A stretch of 63,905 nt of DNA, the filler included, from Atractiella rhizophila (lineage: Eukaryota): NCBI GenBank assembly GCA_021432655.1. It is 3 parts of 3 records of this genome, joined end to end, with 100 filler letters (N's around TTAATTAATTAA, not from the genome) between each part and the next. Parts side by side here need not be neighbours in the genome. Positions count along the whole stretch, not along the records: positions 1 to 22,581 come from MU271813.1; positions 22,682 to 45,226 come from MU271814.1; 1 more part is not named here. One strand, 5' to 3'. This document shows positions 11,978 to 23,656 of the stretch, in pieces. The notes beneath the pieces were generated by a model, which was given only the letters and a program-made list of their open reading frames with translations, was not told the origin of the DNA and did no database searches. Each line of letters begins with the position of its first letter. Position 1 is the first letter of the stretch. The translations under genes were made by a program, and so were the position numbers.

Positions 11978-13385
11978 TTACATAGAAGTCGTCGCATCGA
12001 CCTCAATCTACAACCGGAAGGCAATGGGGTAAGCAATCTGTCCTTGAAAGGAAAGAAAAGACGTACAGTCGGGGTCACAGAGCTAATGAACTATCAGGCA
12101 CCATCAGTACGTCTCATGGGCGGAGGCTCTGCCTAGACGTACCTTTAGAAAGACAATGAGGTACTGATCAACTCTTAATCCTTCCGGCTCTTCTGCTGCA
12201 GGATCTTTCTTATCCCCAGTCTTCCCTGTCATCTTCTTAACCACACCTGCTCCCCACCCCTTCCCGCTCTTCTTCTTATCTGTGGAAGCAGGTTCCAAGC
12301 CCATTTCCCTTCGTTGAGCTTCGATGACGCTCACGTTCATGCGCTCAATGACTTTCTTCATCACGTTAGCATGTTTGCAAGGATGGACGGACGCCATGGA
12401 AATGTTGTTCAAGTGGGGGAAGGGCTCGATAGTGACAGTCTTCTGGGCGTAATCAGGAGAGATGTCTGAAAAAATCTGGGCAGGGGGAAGGATTGTCTTG
12501 TTCTACGTAACAGAACGCGTCAAGGAGGTTGTAGTGAGGCGAGAGGACGAACCTCGTCGTAACCCATAAGCCAGAAGCGAGGGGTTTGGTAATACTTGTC
12601 GTAGGTGATGAAACAGTTATAGGTCCGAACTTGGAGGAGGTTGTCAGAGGCCCTGTAAAATGACACTCGGTGGCTCGATCAGAATGATGAATGCACCTAC
12701 GAGCTGATTGCTTTCATTCCTTCTTCTGCAGATCGTTTGAGAGTGGCCTGATCTTCTTCCTCCCTCACTCCACCATCTTCGAATTCTTCCATATCATCAA
12801 TCTCCGGAATGTCGTCCATATCTGGAATGGCTTCGTCTTCAACAGCCTTCGAGTTGTCCATCGACAGATGGGCCATTGCAGAACTAACATCCGCATCTGC
12901 TGTAGGGAAGGAGTGATCCAGGTCTGGAATGTCTTTGATTTCCCTAATTGGTTGCGAACTGCCTTCCGACTCCCGATTTGTATGTGTGGTGACCCAGTCG
13001 TCTTCATCTTTCACAGCACCTTCTGCAGCAAACGACATCATCGTCTCCGCGTCTTCATCGGCGTCAGTGTAGATCATCTGAGAGACGCGACGAAGGCAGG
13101 GGACTATAGCACAAATGATTAACGTGACATTCATAAGTGGATCTCAGAACAAGGAAACACACCATTGCGACTGATGAGATATTGCTTGTCCTTCGGGAGG
13201 AAATCACGCGTCTTGCCCTCGTCCCCTTTCTCCCAACTCCAAGTAGGAAACTTGTAAACCAGATAGTCACCTGCAGCTACGAACTCCTCTGGAGTGATCC
13301 GACCGTGTTCCTTGAACTGTGAGGTGCGAAGGACTGGAGCGAGTGCATCACGAATTAACCAGAACTGCGTTTGTAGAGACTGCAT
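11978..13385 (-). CDS. ATG3: Autophagy E2-like enzyme Atg3
   Basis: [39 protein letters not shown], catalytic [25 protein letters not shown]. Confidence 0.95.
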
Positions 13386-13826
13386 CTTGGAATCCTACAA
13401 GGATTCATCTCAGTCAGTCATTAAACACGGACTGAAGTGTTGCGCTGGAGAAAGGAGCAAGACTACTCGGGACAGGTGTTTCGTGCATCACGATGGTGGG
13501 AAAACGAGCTTGATAACGCGTTAACATGGATGGAGACCAACAATCATGTCCTTCTGGCTGCAGAATCAAGCTAGAAGAGGACGCACACGATAGAATGCCT
13601 ATGCCTATATGCCAACAAAGAAGCTACTGGGACTCTCCAAGGCCTTTGTCGCTCAGCTCGACTGAGCAATCGATCAATCGTGCATGGGATCCTCCGATCG
13701 GTTCCGCTGTTGTTAGCTGTTAATTGCAACTTGTCAATTTTTCCAACTTGTTTTACTTATTACAATATTCCACAATAATACTCGTTATCGACGCCTGACA
13801 TTTCGAATGTCGCTCTGGAGAAATAC

Positions 13827-14430
13827 ATGGAGCCGTTTACCAGCGAATTGTTAACTTCAATTTTACACCCGTCTAAACTTGAATTCAAAGATTATCAACC
13901 TCAACTCCTTGTCGGAGCAATATGCGCGTCTTTCTTCGAGCTACCAATCCATTCTGATATCATCTAAACAGGCTTTTCGCAGTCTGTCATTTGGTCGATA
14001 CGATATAAGCGCATAGCTCCACTGTTCGTCGTCCGTATTGAATCCACAACAGTGCCTTATGCTCAGCTTGTCATCCCATAGGTTTGGTGGCGTTGGAATG
14101 CTGGGTTATCTATGTTACAACGCCTCTACCCTTCGAATGCGTGAGAGAGGCTATCAATCCGCCTACCTCCCTCCAGCTTTGTTGGGCTGGATGATGTCCA
14201 CCGCAGCCATTATGGGCTTCCGCAATGGGATGTGGCCAAAAGTCTGGCTCCCCATAGGCATAGTAGGTTCTGCATGGCACCTCCAACAGTGGTTGCTATC
14301 ACGAGAAAAGAGGCGTGGATGGGGCGAAAAACGAGAGGCGTCCAACATCTGGATGGGTCAAGGAGAAGCATGGGTGTCTCGAGGGAAGTCAGAGGGTTTT
14401 GGACGACCTGTTGACGAGCGGTATCGTTGA
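13827..14430 (+). CDS. Small putative membrane protein, unknown function
   Basis: ORF with hydrophobic segments (FGGVGMLGYLCY, LLGWMMSTAAIMG, WLPIGIVGSAWHL); start and exon structure uncertain. Confidence 0.5.
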
Positions 14431-14591
14431 CTTTGACGCTCCTTAGCCGAGCGAAAGCAAACTCAGCAGTGCAGTAATCGTCAGAGTATGCAAAATTATC
14501 ACCACACAACACAAGTTTGCTGTTCCATCACACAAAATGCAGTGCAAATCAAGACAAAGTTAATGTTTGGAGCATATGAACATGGAGAGGC

Positions 14592-17500
14592 TCAATAACG
14601 TTGCAGAATCTCATTCTGCAGCTCTTTTAACCGGCGTACCAGGTCCTGTGAGGTGAAACCGAGCGAGCTGAGTCCCATAAGGTGTCGTCCTAACGCTGCC
14701 TGGATTTCCGCCGCATAGACGTTTTTGCCATGTTTTAACCACGTCTCCGTGAGAAATACGATCTCCCTCGTGAGGTGTAACAGTCCGTCCGATGTGTGAA
14801 ATGGGATTGCCTTCAGCATTGAGGTTCAACAGCAAGCAATTGCCAACGTAATAAAAACAGACCTTACTCCGCCAAAGGTCATCCAGGACATTGAACAGAT
14901 GGCTGTGAGGAATTCCTCCGGCAAGGAGGGCATTTACGATCCAATGTGACTGAAGGCTGGTTGCAGAAACCTCTTTGAAATCGAATTCCTCAAGCAGTAA
15001 GACAATTGATCCTGACATTAACGTGAGGTCAGTCTTGTAGGGCCACCTGGAAGATTAGCAGACACCAACGCAGTGGAAAAGTTGCTGGATACAACCGTCG
15101 AGCCAAATCGGTAAACTTCATACCGACCGCATCGAATCCCTTGTCCTTGACGTGCTCGAAGATGGTACGGTAAATACCTTCAGAGTCCTGTTCGTCATAT
15201 TCAGCCACATTGAATATCACTAGTTGCATTTCGAAGAGGTCGAGGGGAAGGGCGAATTCGTTATATAACTGATAGGAAGACTGTCAACCCTTGTCTAGCT
15301 GGACCAGCAATGCCTACCTCTGATATTGAGAACAGTTTCTCGTTGAGTTTTGCGAGTCGCTCGGCGCGTAGCTCTAGGTCAATGTCTTGGTTGTCTTGGA
15401 GATCTCTCACGATCCCTAACTGGACCTGTGCCACCTCTTGAACCTAGTCAGATAGGTGTCAAAACTTGAGATGGCAGGGCATACCAAGCTTTTCTTCCAA
15501 GTGTTGAACCAACTGGATGACTTCGGAAGCATCTGCCGGAGTTGGAGGTTGTGACTTCGCGTTGGCAAGTGCTAACGACAGATACTCGATTCGTGCTGCA
15601 AGGGTATATTGCCTACACTAAGAGGTTAATAAAAGCTGCTTTCCTGACGTTAGCAAGCAGAATACTCTTCCGAATCTGCTAAGTGACTCAACACGATAGC
15701 AGCGCTGAGGTAAGACGAATTTTCCACGTAATATTGCCATAGAAGCTCCCAACGCTGGAATCTTCGAAGAAAACCTTCTATGAAACTGGATCGGACCTGG
15801 GCAGTGCTTTGGTTTTAGGGGTTTAGATGTTGGGTTAAAAGTAGTACTCACACGAAGCAACTGGTCGACCATATTATGCTGTAGATACCAGCGATAAAGA
15901 AAGTGATGGAAGCACTCGTCATCACTGCTTAGAGCCTTCCCGAACGCATTCTCTTGGATCGCCTTTATCTCATCAGCTACCGACGACATTTTAGTACCTT
16001 GACAGTTTTGTTCACAGCCCGCATACCCTGAAGACTGGCTTGCTTCCCTCCGGAAGCTATTCGAGTAGAGCTCAAAACGTCTAATCGCATCTGGTCTACC
16101 TTCTCCAGTGTCTCCGTAGCCATTTTATAACAAGCCTCTCTCTTGTTATAAAGTTCGCGGCCAACAGTATCGGTAGGGGGCATACCTTGCTGCCAGAAAG
16201 CAAGTCCCTTGTTTTCGGAATCCCATTGCCTCGCACACGCGAGAGCGAGATCGATGGCACCTACACATGTTCAGTCAAGCGAAATCGAATAGAAGATATA
16301 ACAGACCGGAGGGAAAGTGAAGTGAATTGAAATGATTACAAATTTCGAGCAATTTTTCGTGTGAAAGGTGCTTGGTAGCCTTGAGCAACAATCTTCGCAA
16401 AGGGGTCAGGAGTGAGGGAGCATCGAGGGAGCATCAAACCTGAGTGCTTCATGAAGAGTGCTATTTCGTTCTGAGGGCACATGCAAAGTACTAGCTCGAC
16501 GTAAACTTTCCAGAGCCTGGCTAAAGTCAGCACCTGAGTTAATTTCGGGGATTACCTACCTTATATAACAGGACGTCCTCAGCGCTACAGAAAGAGCCGC
16601 AACGATGTTGGAGAATATCACTAATGGCGTCGATCTTTCCACCGACAATCTGAGCATGCACAGACAGGCTAGTGCGAACATACGCTTTGTTGCTGACCAA
16701 TCTGTTGATTGATAATCACATTCACGAGACTTCGAGCGATTTCACGTCCACTTTCCGTTGTCAGTAAGGTCTGATACGTAAGAGACATCAATCCTGTTCG
16801 TATGGCTTCGGTACACCTAGATTGCGTCAAGTTACGAATAAACAAACCAAAAAGACTTACCCAGCAACTATGTTTGGGAGCTGATAGTCGATCAGAAGAA
16901 GGGTGAAAGCGATAGCCTCAACCGCTTGCGTCAGAAGCAAACGCAACGTGTTCAGTGATTGTTGTTCAGCCTTTACTTGCGTCAACTCCGAAGCAAGTAC
17001 TGAGGAATGTTGCTACGCACAGCGTTGGAATCACGTTCCTGTCCAGCATGTCGCCGTTGGTCGACGATGGCAGTGAAGAGTTGCCAATCACTGTTTGACA
17101 TTCAAAATAATGTTCATTAAAGCGGACTACCAACCGTTCTACAAATGACTGTAAAGCACTCAAGTCGCGTTGGACCATGATCAATGTTTTCTCTGGAACT
17201 GCACTCGTGACTGGAAGGTTTTGCCTAGCGGGCAATTCAGCAACGATCAGGACCAAGTGTCAAATAAGCTCACGCAGTTTGAACAACAACCTTCTCTTTC
17301 CAAATGGGACGAAGCAATCGTGCTAAACAGATGGCCAGAGCTTCATGCCTTCCACTGAAAGCAACTTTCCCGTCTGAAGAAAGACTTCCTTGAGAGATAC
17401 TGGCCTGGCTGCCTTGCGTGAACATACGATCAAGAGAGGTTGCGTGCCCCCCTAATTCGTAGAGGAGTCGTTTTGCCGAGTTAATAGCTTCATGAGACGC

Positions 17501-19601
17501 CTGCCGCTGACCAGTAACAGTCATCCCATCCTCCGATTTCGATAGAGAGAGGATGCCAATGCCAGCTGCCACGCAGAGGCACATTGCGCAGGTTTGGTCT
17601 CTTCCAAAGCTGGAGTCGTATTAGTTATTGCTGATGGGTGAACGAAAATCATACTTTTCGCAGAACAATTGAAGATCTGTGTCTCGCGTAGAGGAAACAC
17701 CGATCCCGGTGTTCAAAAGGTTGAACAGGACATCAACGGGTCGTTGGCGAACGACGAGATTGGTGCCCATGTTGGTGACGATGAGAAACTCTCTCCGTTT
17801 GTCAAAAGTCTGACCCGCCAGTTCGTGCGACGCGAAAAAGGCAGATGGAGGCGAAATGTCCTCCAGAGCCCAGACACTGCCCTCAATGTCCAAAAGGGAG
17901 GAAAATTCAAACAGTTGAGGAGACATTCTCGTCCCGGCTAGCGATACCACGGGGTTGACGCCGGAAGTACTTCTGGACTCCAAATGACCCTTCAGCAATT
18001 TGCCAGCATCAGGCGCGGCGGCAATCAAATTGCTCGTACTGTTGAGCTCGTCTATTGACCCAGCGGTAGAGGCAAGGAAGAACCCGCGTTTAAAGCAGGT
18101 TGCGGCCGCTATATTATCAAATACTGGAAAACCTGGAGAATGAGATGGTTGCGTTTGTGGGTTACCTTCATCATAAGTCAGCTCCGGAGTTTTGGAAGAC
18201 GGGAACAGTACTCGACCCATAAGGAGGCTGTATCGAAGTTGAGGCTGCTGGTTGACCGCTTGGAGGCAGCCGAACGTGATGAAGTTGGAGAGCGGGATAA
18301 GACGACATGTAACCAACAGATCGATGGGAGAAGTACAGCCGAACACCTGAGAAAGCACTTTAGCGGAGAAAACCGGACGCCTGCACCTTACCAGTATTTG
18401 TGCATGCCATCAAAGAAATGAGAGAGTCTCCGGCTTCATCCTTTCCGATAATGTCGAGAGAAATCAGTCGGCATGTTTTTGGGTCGAGCACTTGGCTGGG
18501 CACTGTAAACCTCAACGCTTCCCGACAAAGATCTGTGATCTTGACGCGCAAATCCGGTGCCCCATCCAGGCTGCCAGAAGAAGTCCAGATGTTGTACATT
18601 TCTATCGAGTTACCGCGTTGGAGGCAATAAACGAGACCTCTTTCTGAATCTACTCGACATTCCGTCCTGTCATCGATACTGCCAGAATGCTGAACAGCTG
18701 TCTTGGGCGAGAAATAGTTGAGAAGAGCATATCGTGGATTATTCGTTAATCCGCCCTTTGTCCAGTCAAGAACTTCGCATTGTTTTCGGGTGTAAGTTTC
18801 TTCAGAACGATAGTCAATTTCATGAAGATGTCCTGTGGAGCCAACGCAAAATATTCGCCCGTTTGTTGTGGACCCAAATGAGGATAAAGTTAGGCCGTAA
18901 GTAGGTACAGAAAGGTTGGTGAGGTATATGGCAAGGTCAGAACGATTTGTTGGCGAGTCCTGGGCAGTAGCGAGCGCAAGTCCAAACAAAGTGACGGAAG
19001 TAGGCGTAGACACAACCAAAAGGTGTTTGATAGTGTCCACAAACATTCCTGGCAACCAATAAGACAAGGAACAGAACAGAGTTGACACAAACCTGGTTTT
19101 GGCACCACGAGTCCAACACCCACAATTGTGTCGTCTATTTGGTCAAAGACGTGAAGATTATCCCTAGAAGTAGCCGTGTCAACTCAAACTTGATCAGGTA
19201 TAATAAACTTGGATGTGTCAAGAGGCACGAAGAGGAAGCGATAGCGTTCATGCAAAACACCTCCTAGAACCAGGAGCAAGAAAAACTCACGGGTCTTTCC
19301 AGTCCCATAACCAAATCCTCTTCCCAAACGCAACATACGCTCGCTCTACCTCCTTCAATACTCCAATGATAGCCCCAGCTCCTGAGGCTCCATCAGCAAC
19401 ATTAATTTCGTCCAGGACTGCATCTGGCATCATGTATGATTCCTTCTTGAAGAAGGGAGCCCATAACGGCGAAGGAGCGATGGAGTAGGTGTTGGGAGGC
19501 GAAACACCTTGAGACACAAAGCTGTAAAGGGGCGGGAGAGTGTCGTTGGCAATTCTACTATCAATTACGTTTGCCGCTGTGGAGAGGTGTGGTTGGGCCA
19601 T
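14592..19601 (-). CDS. NUP170: Nucleoporin Nup155/Nup170 family
   Basis: VGLVVPKPG.FVDTIKHLLVVST, NGRIF, FSGRHEALAICLARLLRPIW, DECFHHFLYRWY; large multi-exon gene. Confidence 0.88.
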
Positions 19602-19930
19602 TGGATTGAATACGCGAAGGCGCTTCAGGGCTGGTCAAGAGGGCTGGAAATGGGCAGGTGGCGACCAAGGTGCACGTCAGGACAGGTCAAAGATATCAAA
19701 GAGAGTAACGCGTCCAATCGTTGTTTACCAACTTTTCTTTGGCTTGCTGTACAGGTCCGTACTTGCTTGTTACCAACTTAGTCCCTTCGTGACTCAATGG
19801 TAAATGTCTTTCACCACAAATCTCCATTGGCCATGCGGCTCTTGCCTAGGATTCTAAGTCCTATATGATGATTGTAATATGCAGCAGAATATGGACCTGT
19901 ACGTTTCTTTACATGGAATATCTTCGACAA

Positions 19931-21932
19931 TCAGACTTGTCGACAAAGCTCTACTCCACGGTTAACCTATCAACGAACTTTCAGCACGGCCACACCAGCA
20001 GAGTCAACAAGGCGACATACCTGGAGCTGGCAGAGCCACGGTTCGATAGCAGTACTGATGAGCGATGCTACCAAGATCCCAAACGTGTCTGCCACACCAA
20101 CTGCCCCCAGACGAAATTCCTTTTCTCGTCGCCTATTCCACAGCATGCAGTTCAGAAAGACGGGGAATACACTAGGTAAGAGGAAGGACGACGCACAGCT
20201 CATCCTCGTCTTTCGGAGGAAGCAGAGATAACCCAGCCACGTCATCCTCATCCCGCGACATGCCGACATAATGGTAGGTCATGGCGTACGCACTACCTCC
20301 GCATAAACCTTCAATTGCGATCAAAAGGGCGGAAAGCCAGAGGGGTCCAGTGCCTGGTCCTACTAGAGCCGTGATCCACGATTTCCAAGCTTCCAGAATG
20401 AATAAACACAGGAGCAGGCATTGAAGCATTGAAGGCAACGGCAGGAGGTGTCTAGGCAGAGGAGGTAGGCGAAATATCGAGATCCACGACCGCGAGAAAA
20501 AGACGAAGATCTGATAGATCACCTAACGCACAATTCAGTATATTTCCTTTAGTGGTAAGAAACTCTTACTTGCCACAAGACATAATAATCTCGCAGTCCT
20601 GTAATTATAGAGCCCCAGAACGTGTCGGCCGGAGGTAGGGCCCAGACTAGAGATGGAGATACACCTTGATTAATGGAATATTCTGCGACGTAAACTAGAA
20701 ACAAAGGTAGCATAAAAGTCCACAGTAAAGGGCGAAGTAATCTGATTTTCCGAGCCAGTGTTAGTGGGTTCGGAGTGGGGTGGACATGTTTGTGTAAATC
20801 TGTTCCTGACCTCTTTAATCTCATATCTAAATCTCACAACTACTCTCACCTCCGTCCTCTTCTTCCTCATCAAGCAATCCCTGGCGCTCAGGTGACGCGT
20901 TATCCTCTTCATCCACTGCAACCTGCTCATATCCTCTGCTGTTGCGTTGCACAGGCAAGAGTTGGTGAGGTTTGGGGAGGATGGTGAAGAAAGTTGCCGC
21001 CATTGCCAACGGTAGCACAGAAACCAGGCCAAGTCCCAGGCGCGGACCTAACTGTCTCAAAAACCACCAAAAGAGCGCGCCGAGACCCGCTACAACTTAC
21101 TTAAACAAGCTAATTAGGCCAAACAAGGCTCACCTGCTCCTGTGCCAGAAGAGAACCAACCTTTATAGTTGAACAGAATCAATCTTTTGCTAACTTATCG
21201 AACCAGAGGTAGAGCAAAGTGACGTACTCACGGCACGAGACCCGGAGGCAGAGTAGGTAGCAGAGAGCTGGAGAAACGTCATTTCACCTAAGCCTAAGAC
21301 CATAGGGAATTGTTAGTGTTCAGCTGGCTGAAAATATTGGATGGGGATGGAGAGGAAGCTTGCCTGATGAAAATGATGCTAATGAGATTCCGGCCAGCCT
21401 GAAAGCAAAAGACGGTGACAGGGCTACACAGACCATCCCTGTCGTCGACATTGCGACGCAGGACGACACCCTGTGAGTATAGGAAATTGCTCCCTAATGG
21501 GCCCAGTAGGAATTGGCCTCACAACCTTGGCTAAATCAGAGATGATAATGGCGTACAGAAAATAGATATGGCCAAAAGAGCTTGCAGAGAAGAGCTGGGG
21601 TGATATTGAAGAAAAGAATCACGCCCTGCTCAGTGAGACATTCGTCAGTTGATGTTCGCATTCACGAAAGAGTGAACCATGCCTTTGGAACGGACTGAGA
21701 AGGCACCAAATCTGCAATTTCAGGATACCACCATGTTAGGCTGAGCCAATCCAAAGGCAGAGAAAGGACTTTCCAAGGGCTCCCGCCAGGACAAAGACGT
21801 AGAGGATATTATTCAGGAGTCCAAACAGCTTACTCCATCATAATTATTCATCACCCTGTTGAAGCGACTGAGAAAAGAGCTCACGAAAAAGGAGCAGTCG
21901 AACCGAACCCAAAGAGCGTTTTCTTGCTCCAT
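19931..21932 (-). CDS. BTN1: Battenin/CLN3 family vacuolar membrane protein
   Basis: LFGLLNNILYV..AL DLVP, FMLPLFLVYVAEYSINQGVSP, YQIFVFFSRS, EGLCGGSAY, EFRLGAVGVADTFGI. Confidence 0.9.
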
Positions 21933-22240
21933 GAATTTCCACATCTTTCCGCCCTGTTTTCCGCCCAAAGTGTCCATCCTCTCCATTTCAATTGATTCAG
22001 TTGCAATCCGCATATATAAGGGGGATCTCAAACCCCCGCAGGTGGAAAGGTCAATAGGAGATAGGGTGGCAGAAAGTTGAAGATCAGAGCAGGAACTATG
22101 ACTCAACAGGTGTGGCACCACAATGAGCCAGATTGTTTTCTTCAGACAATATCATAGTGGAGTTATACAAGGTACATGCCGCCATTTTCTATTCTAACAG
22201 ACATAGATATGGTACACTAGGCGGCGCTACAATTGCCTCT

Positions 22241-22581
22241 CTACTGCTGCTGTGGGGCTGACCTCGAGTCAGGTTGTTCATATCTGTTTCGCTGTCAGAG
22301 GCCTCAGGAAGCCCAAATTAGGAAAACGCACCCTTCGACTTTCATATCGTTGAGGCCCAGTTCCTCATTCTGTTGCCAGCTACGATCATAGAACTCGATC
22401 TTCATATTCGGGTCGTCATCTGGAGCATAGAGATTTTGGATGTAGCTATTGGCTAGAGGGTCATCGAGAACGACGGTAAACTCTCGTTCGACAGCCATAA
22501 TCTGTCTTAACATCAGGACAAAACAGAGGTTTATCATGTACCGACTCACAGATTTCATCTTCTGTAAGAACTCCTCCATTA
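22241..22581 (-). CDS. ZPR1: ZPR1 zinc-finger protein, 3' end only (truncated by assembly gap)
   Basis: [26 protein letters not shown]...[18 protein letters not shown]. Confidence 0.88.
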
Positions 22582-22681
22582 NNNNNNNNNNNNNNNNNNN
22601 NNNNNNNNNNNNNNNNNNNNNNNNNTTAATTAATTAANNNNNNNNNNNNNNNNNNNNNNNNNNNNNNNNNNNNNNNNNNNN
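22582..22681. other. Artificial 100-nt scaffold spacer (N44-TTAATTAATTAA-N44)
   Basis: Six-frame stop linker inside an N run; identical structure at 45227-45326. Confidence 0.95.
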
Positions 22682-23129
22682 CACATCTCACATCGTTTGA
22701 TATCTGATAACATCATATACTCAATGTTTTTCAATTCAGCAGGCTCAAGATGGCTCCTCACCATTTCTCTTTTCTCTGTTCCATTCTTATACCACTCCGC
22801 TTCTTCAACCAGCCATTTTTTGCTTGATAACACACTAACAGTTATCAATACAGGTGTCTCTTCACCTTCAATGCCATTGCAGTTCTCACTCCACCTTTAT
22901 CACTAGGTCCAATTCTCCTACCCTGATAAGTACACGGCCTTTCTCTGTTCCCTCTTAATGTGCTGTTCTGCACTGTCTACACTCCTCCATGTAAGCTTTG
23001 TCAGATGCTCACTGGAGCTTCTAGAAGCATTAGATGGAAATATTAAATATTGGATATATAATTTTTATTCCTACTCATATTGTAAAAATATAAATATGTA
23101 ATCATATTTTATTATGTAGATGTTAGGGC

Positions 23130-23245
23130 TGACGCTCTATAAGGCCCTTGATCTTCTTAGACGCGGGTACTAGAAATCCCAGTTTTAGCATTGATAAAGT
23201 AACCCATAGGGGACATCTGCATATATGGGATGCCAAACTATGACT
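23130..23245 (-). pseudogene. Decayed copia integrase C-terminal remnant
   Basis: Resembles 27840-27935 (gaaatcccag...gtaacc.ata.gg.acatctgc...atgggatgcca). Confidence 0.55.
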
Positions 23246-23258
23246 TCCCTCATTCTTT

Positions 23259-23327
23259 CAACTTCAGACATACCAGTAGAGCAACTTCAGACATACCAGT
23301 AGAGCAACTTCGGACATACCAGTAGAG
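23259..23327 (+). repeat. 3 x 23-bp tandem repeat CAACTTCAGACATACCAGTAGAG
   Basis: Three adjacent copies with one substitution. Confidence 0.9.
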
Positions 23328-23656
23328 CCTAAGGCTCCTTGATCTGAGGAATTAAATTGCCAAGTCTCCACCATCACATGATCATTGCAATAGACCATTA
23401 TATCCCTTTCTCTATCACATCAGTGGACCTTAGGACTCAACCACGTGCTCTAGGAAGATGTTTGGGATGGAAATGGCTCCTAGTGGGTTGGAATTTGCTG
23501 GATTGAACAGTCTTGCTGCAGCAGATGATGTCACTATGCCTCAAGCAAGCCTTGAGTGGATGGCAGACACTGGTGGAACTTCCTACATGTCTCCCCATTG
23601 TCACTGTTCAGAACCTACCAGAAGAAAGTTANNNNNNNNNNNNNNNNNNNNNNNNN

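Noticed and set aside
22626..22637. TTAATTAATTAA palindrome as a biological site
   Set aside because: Centred in N runs at both occurrences; a synthetic six-frame stop linker
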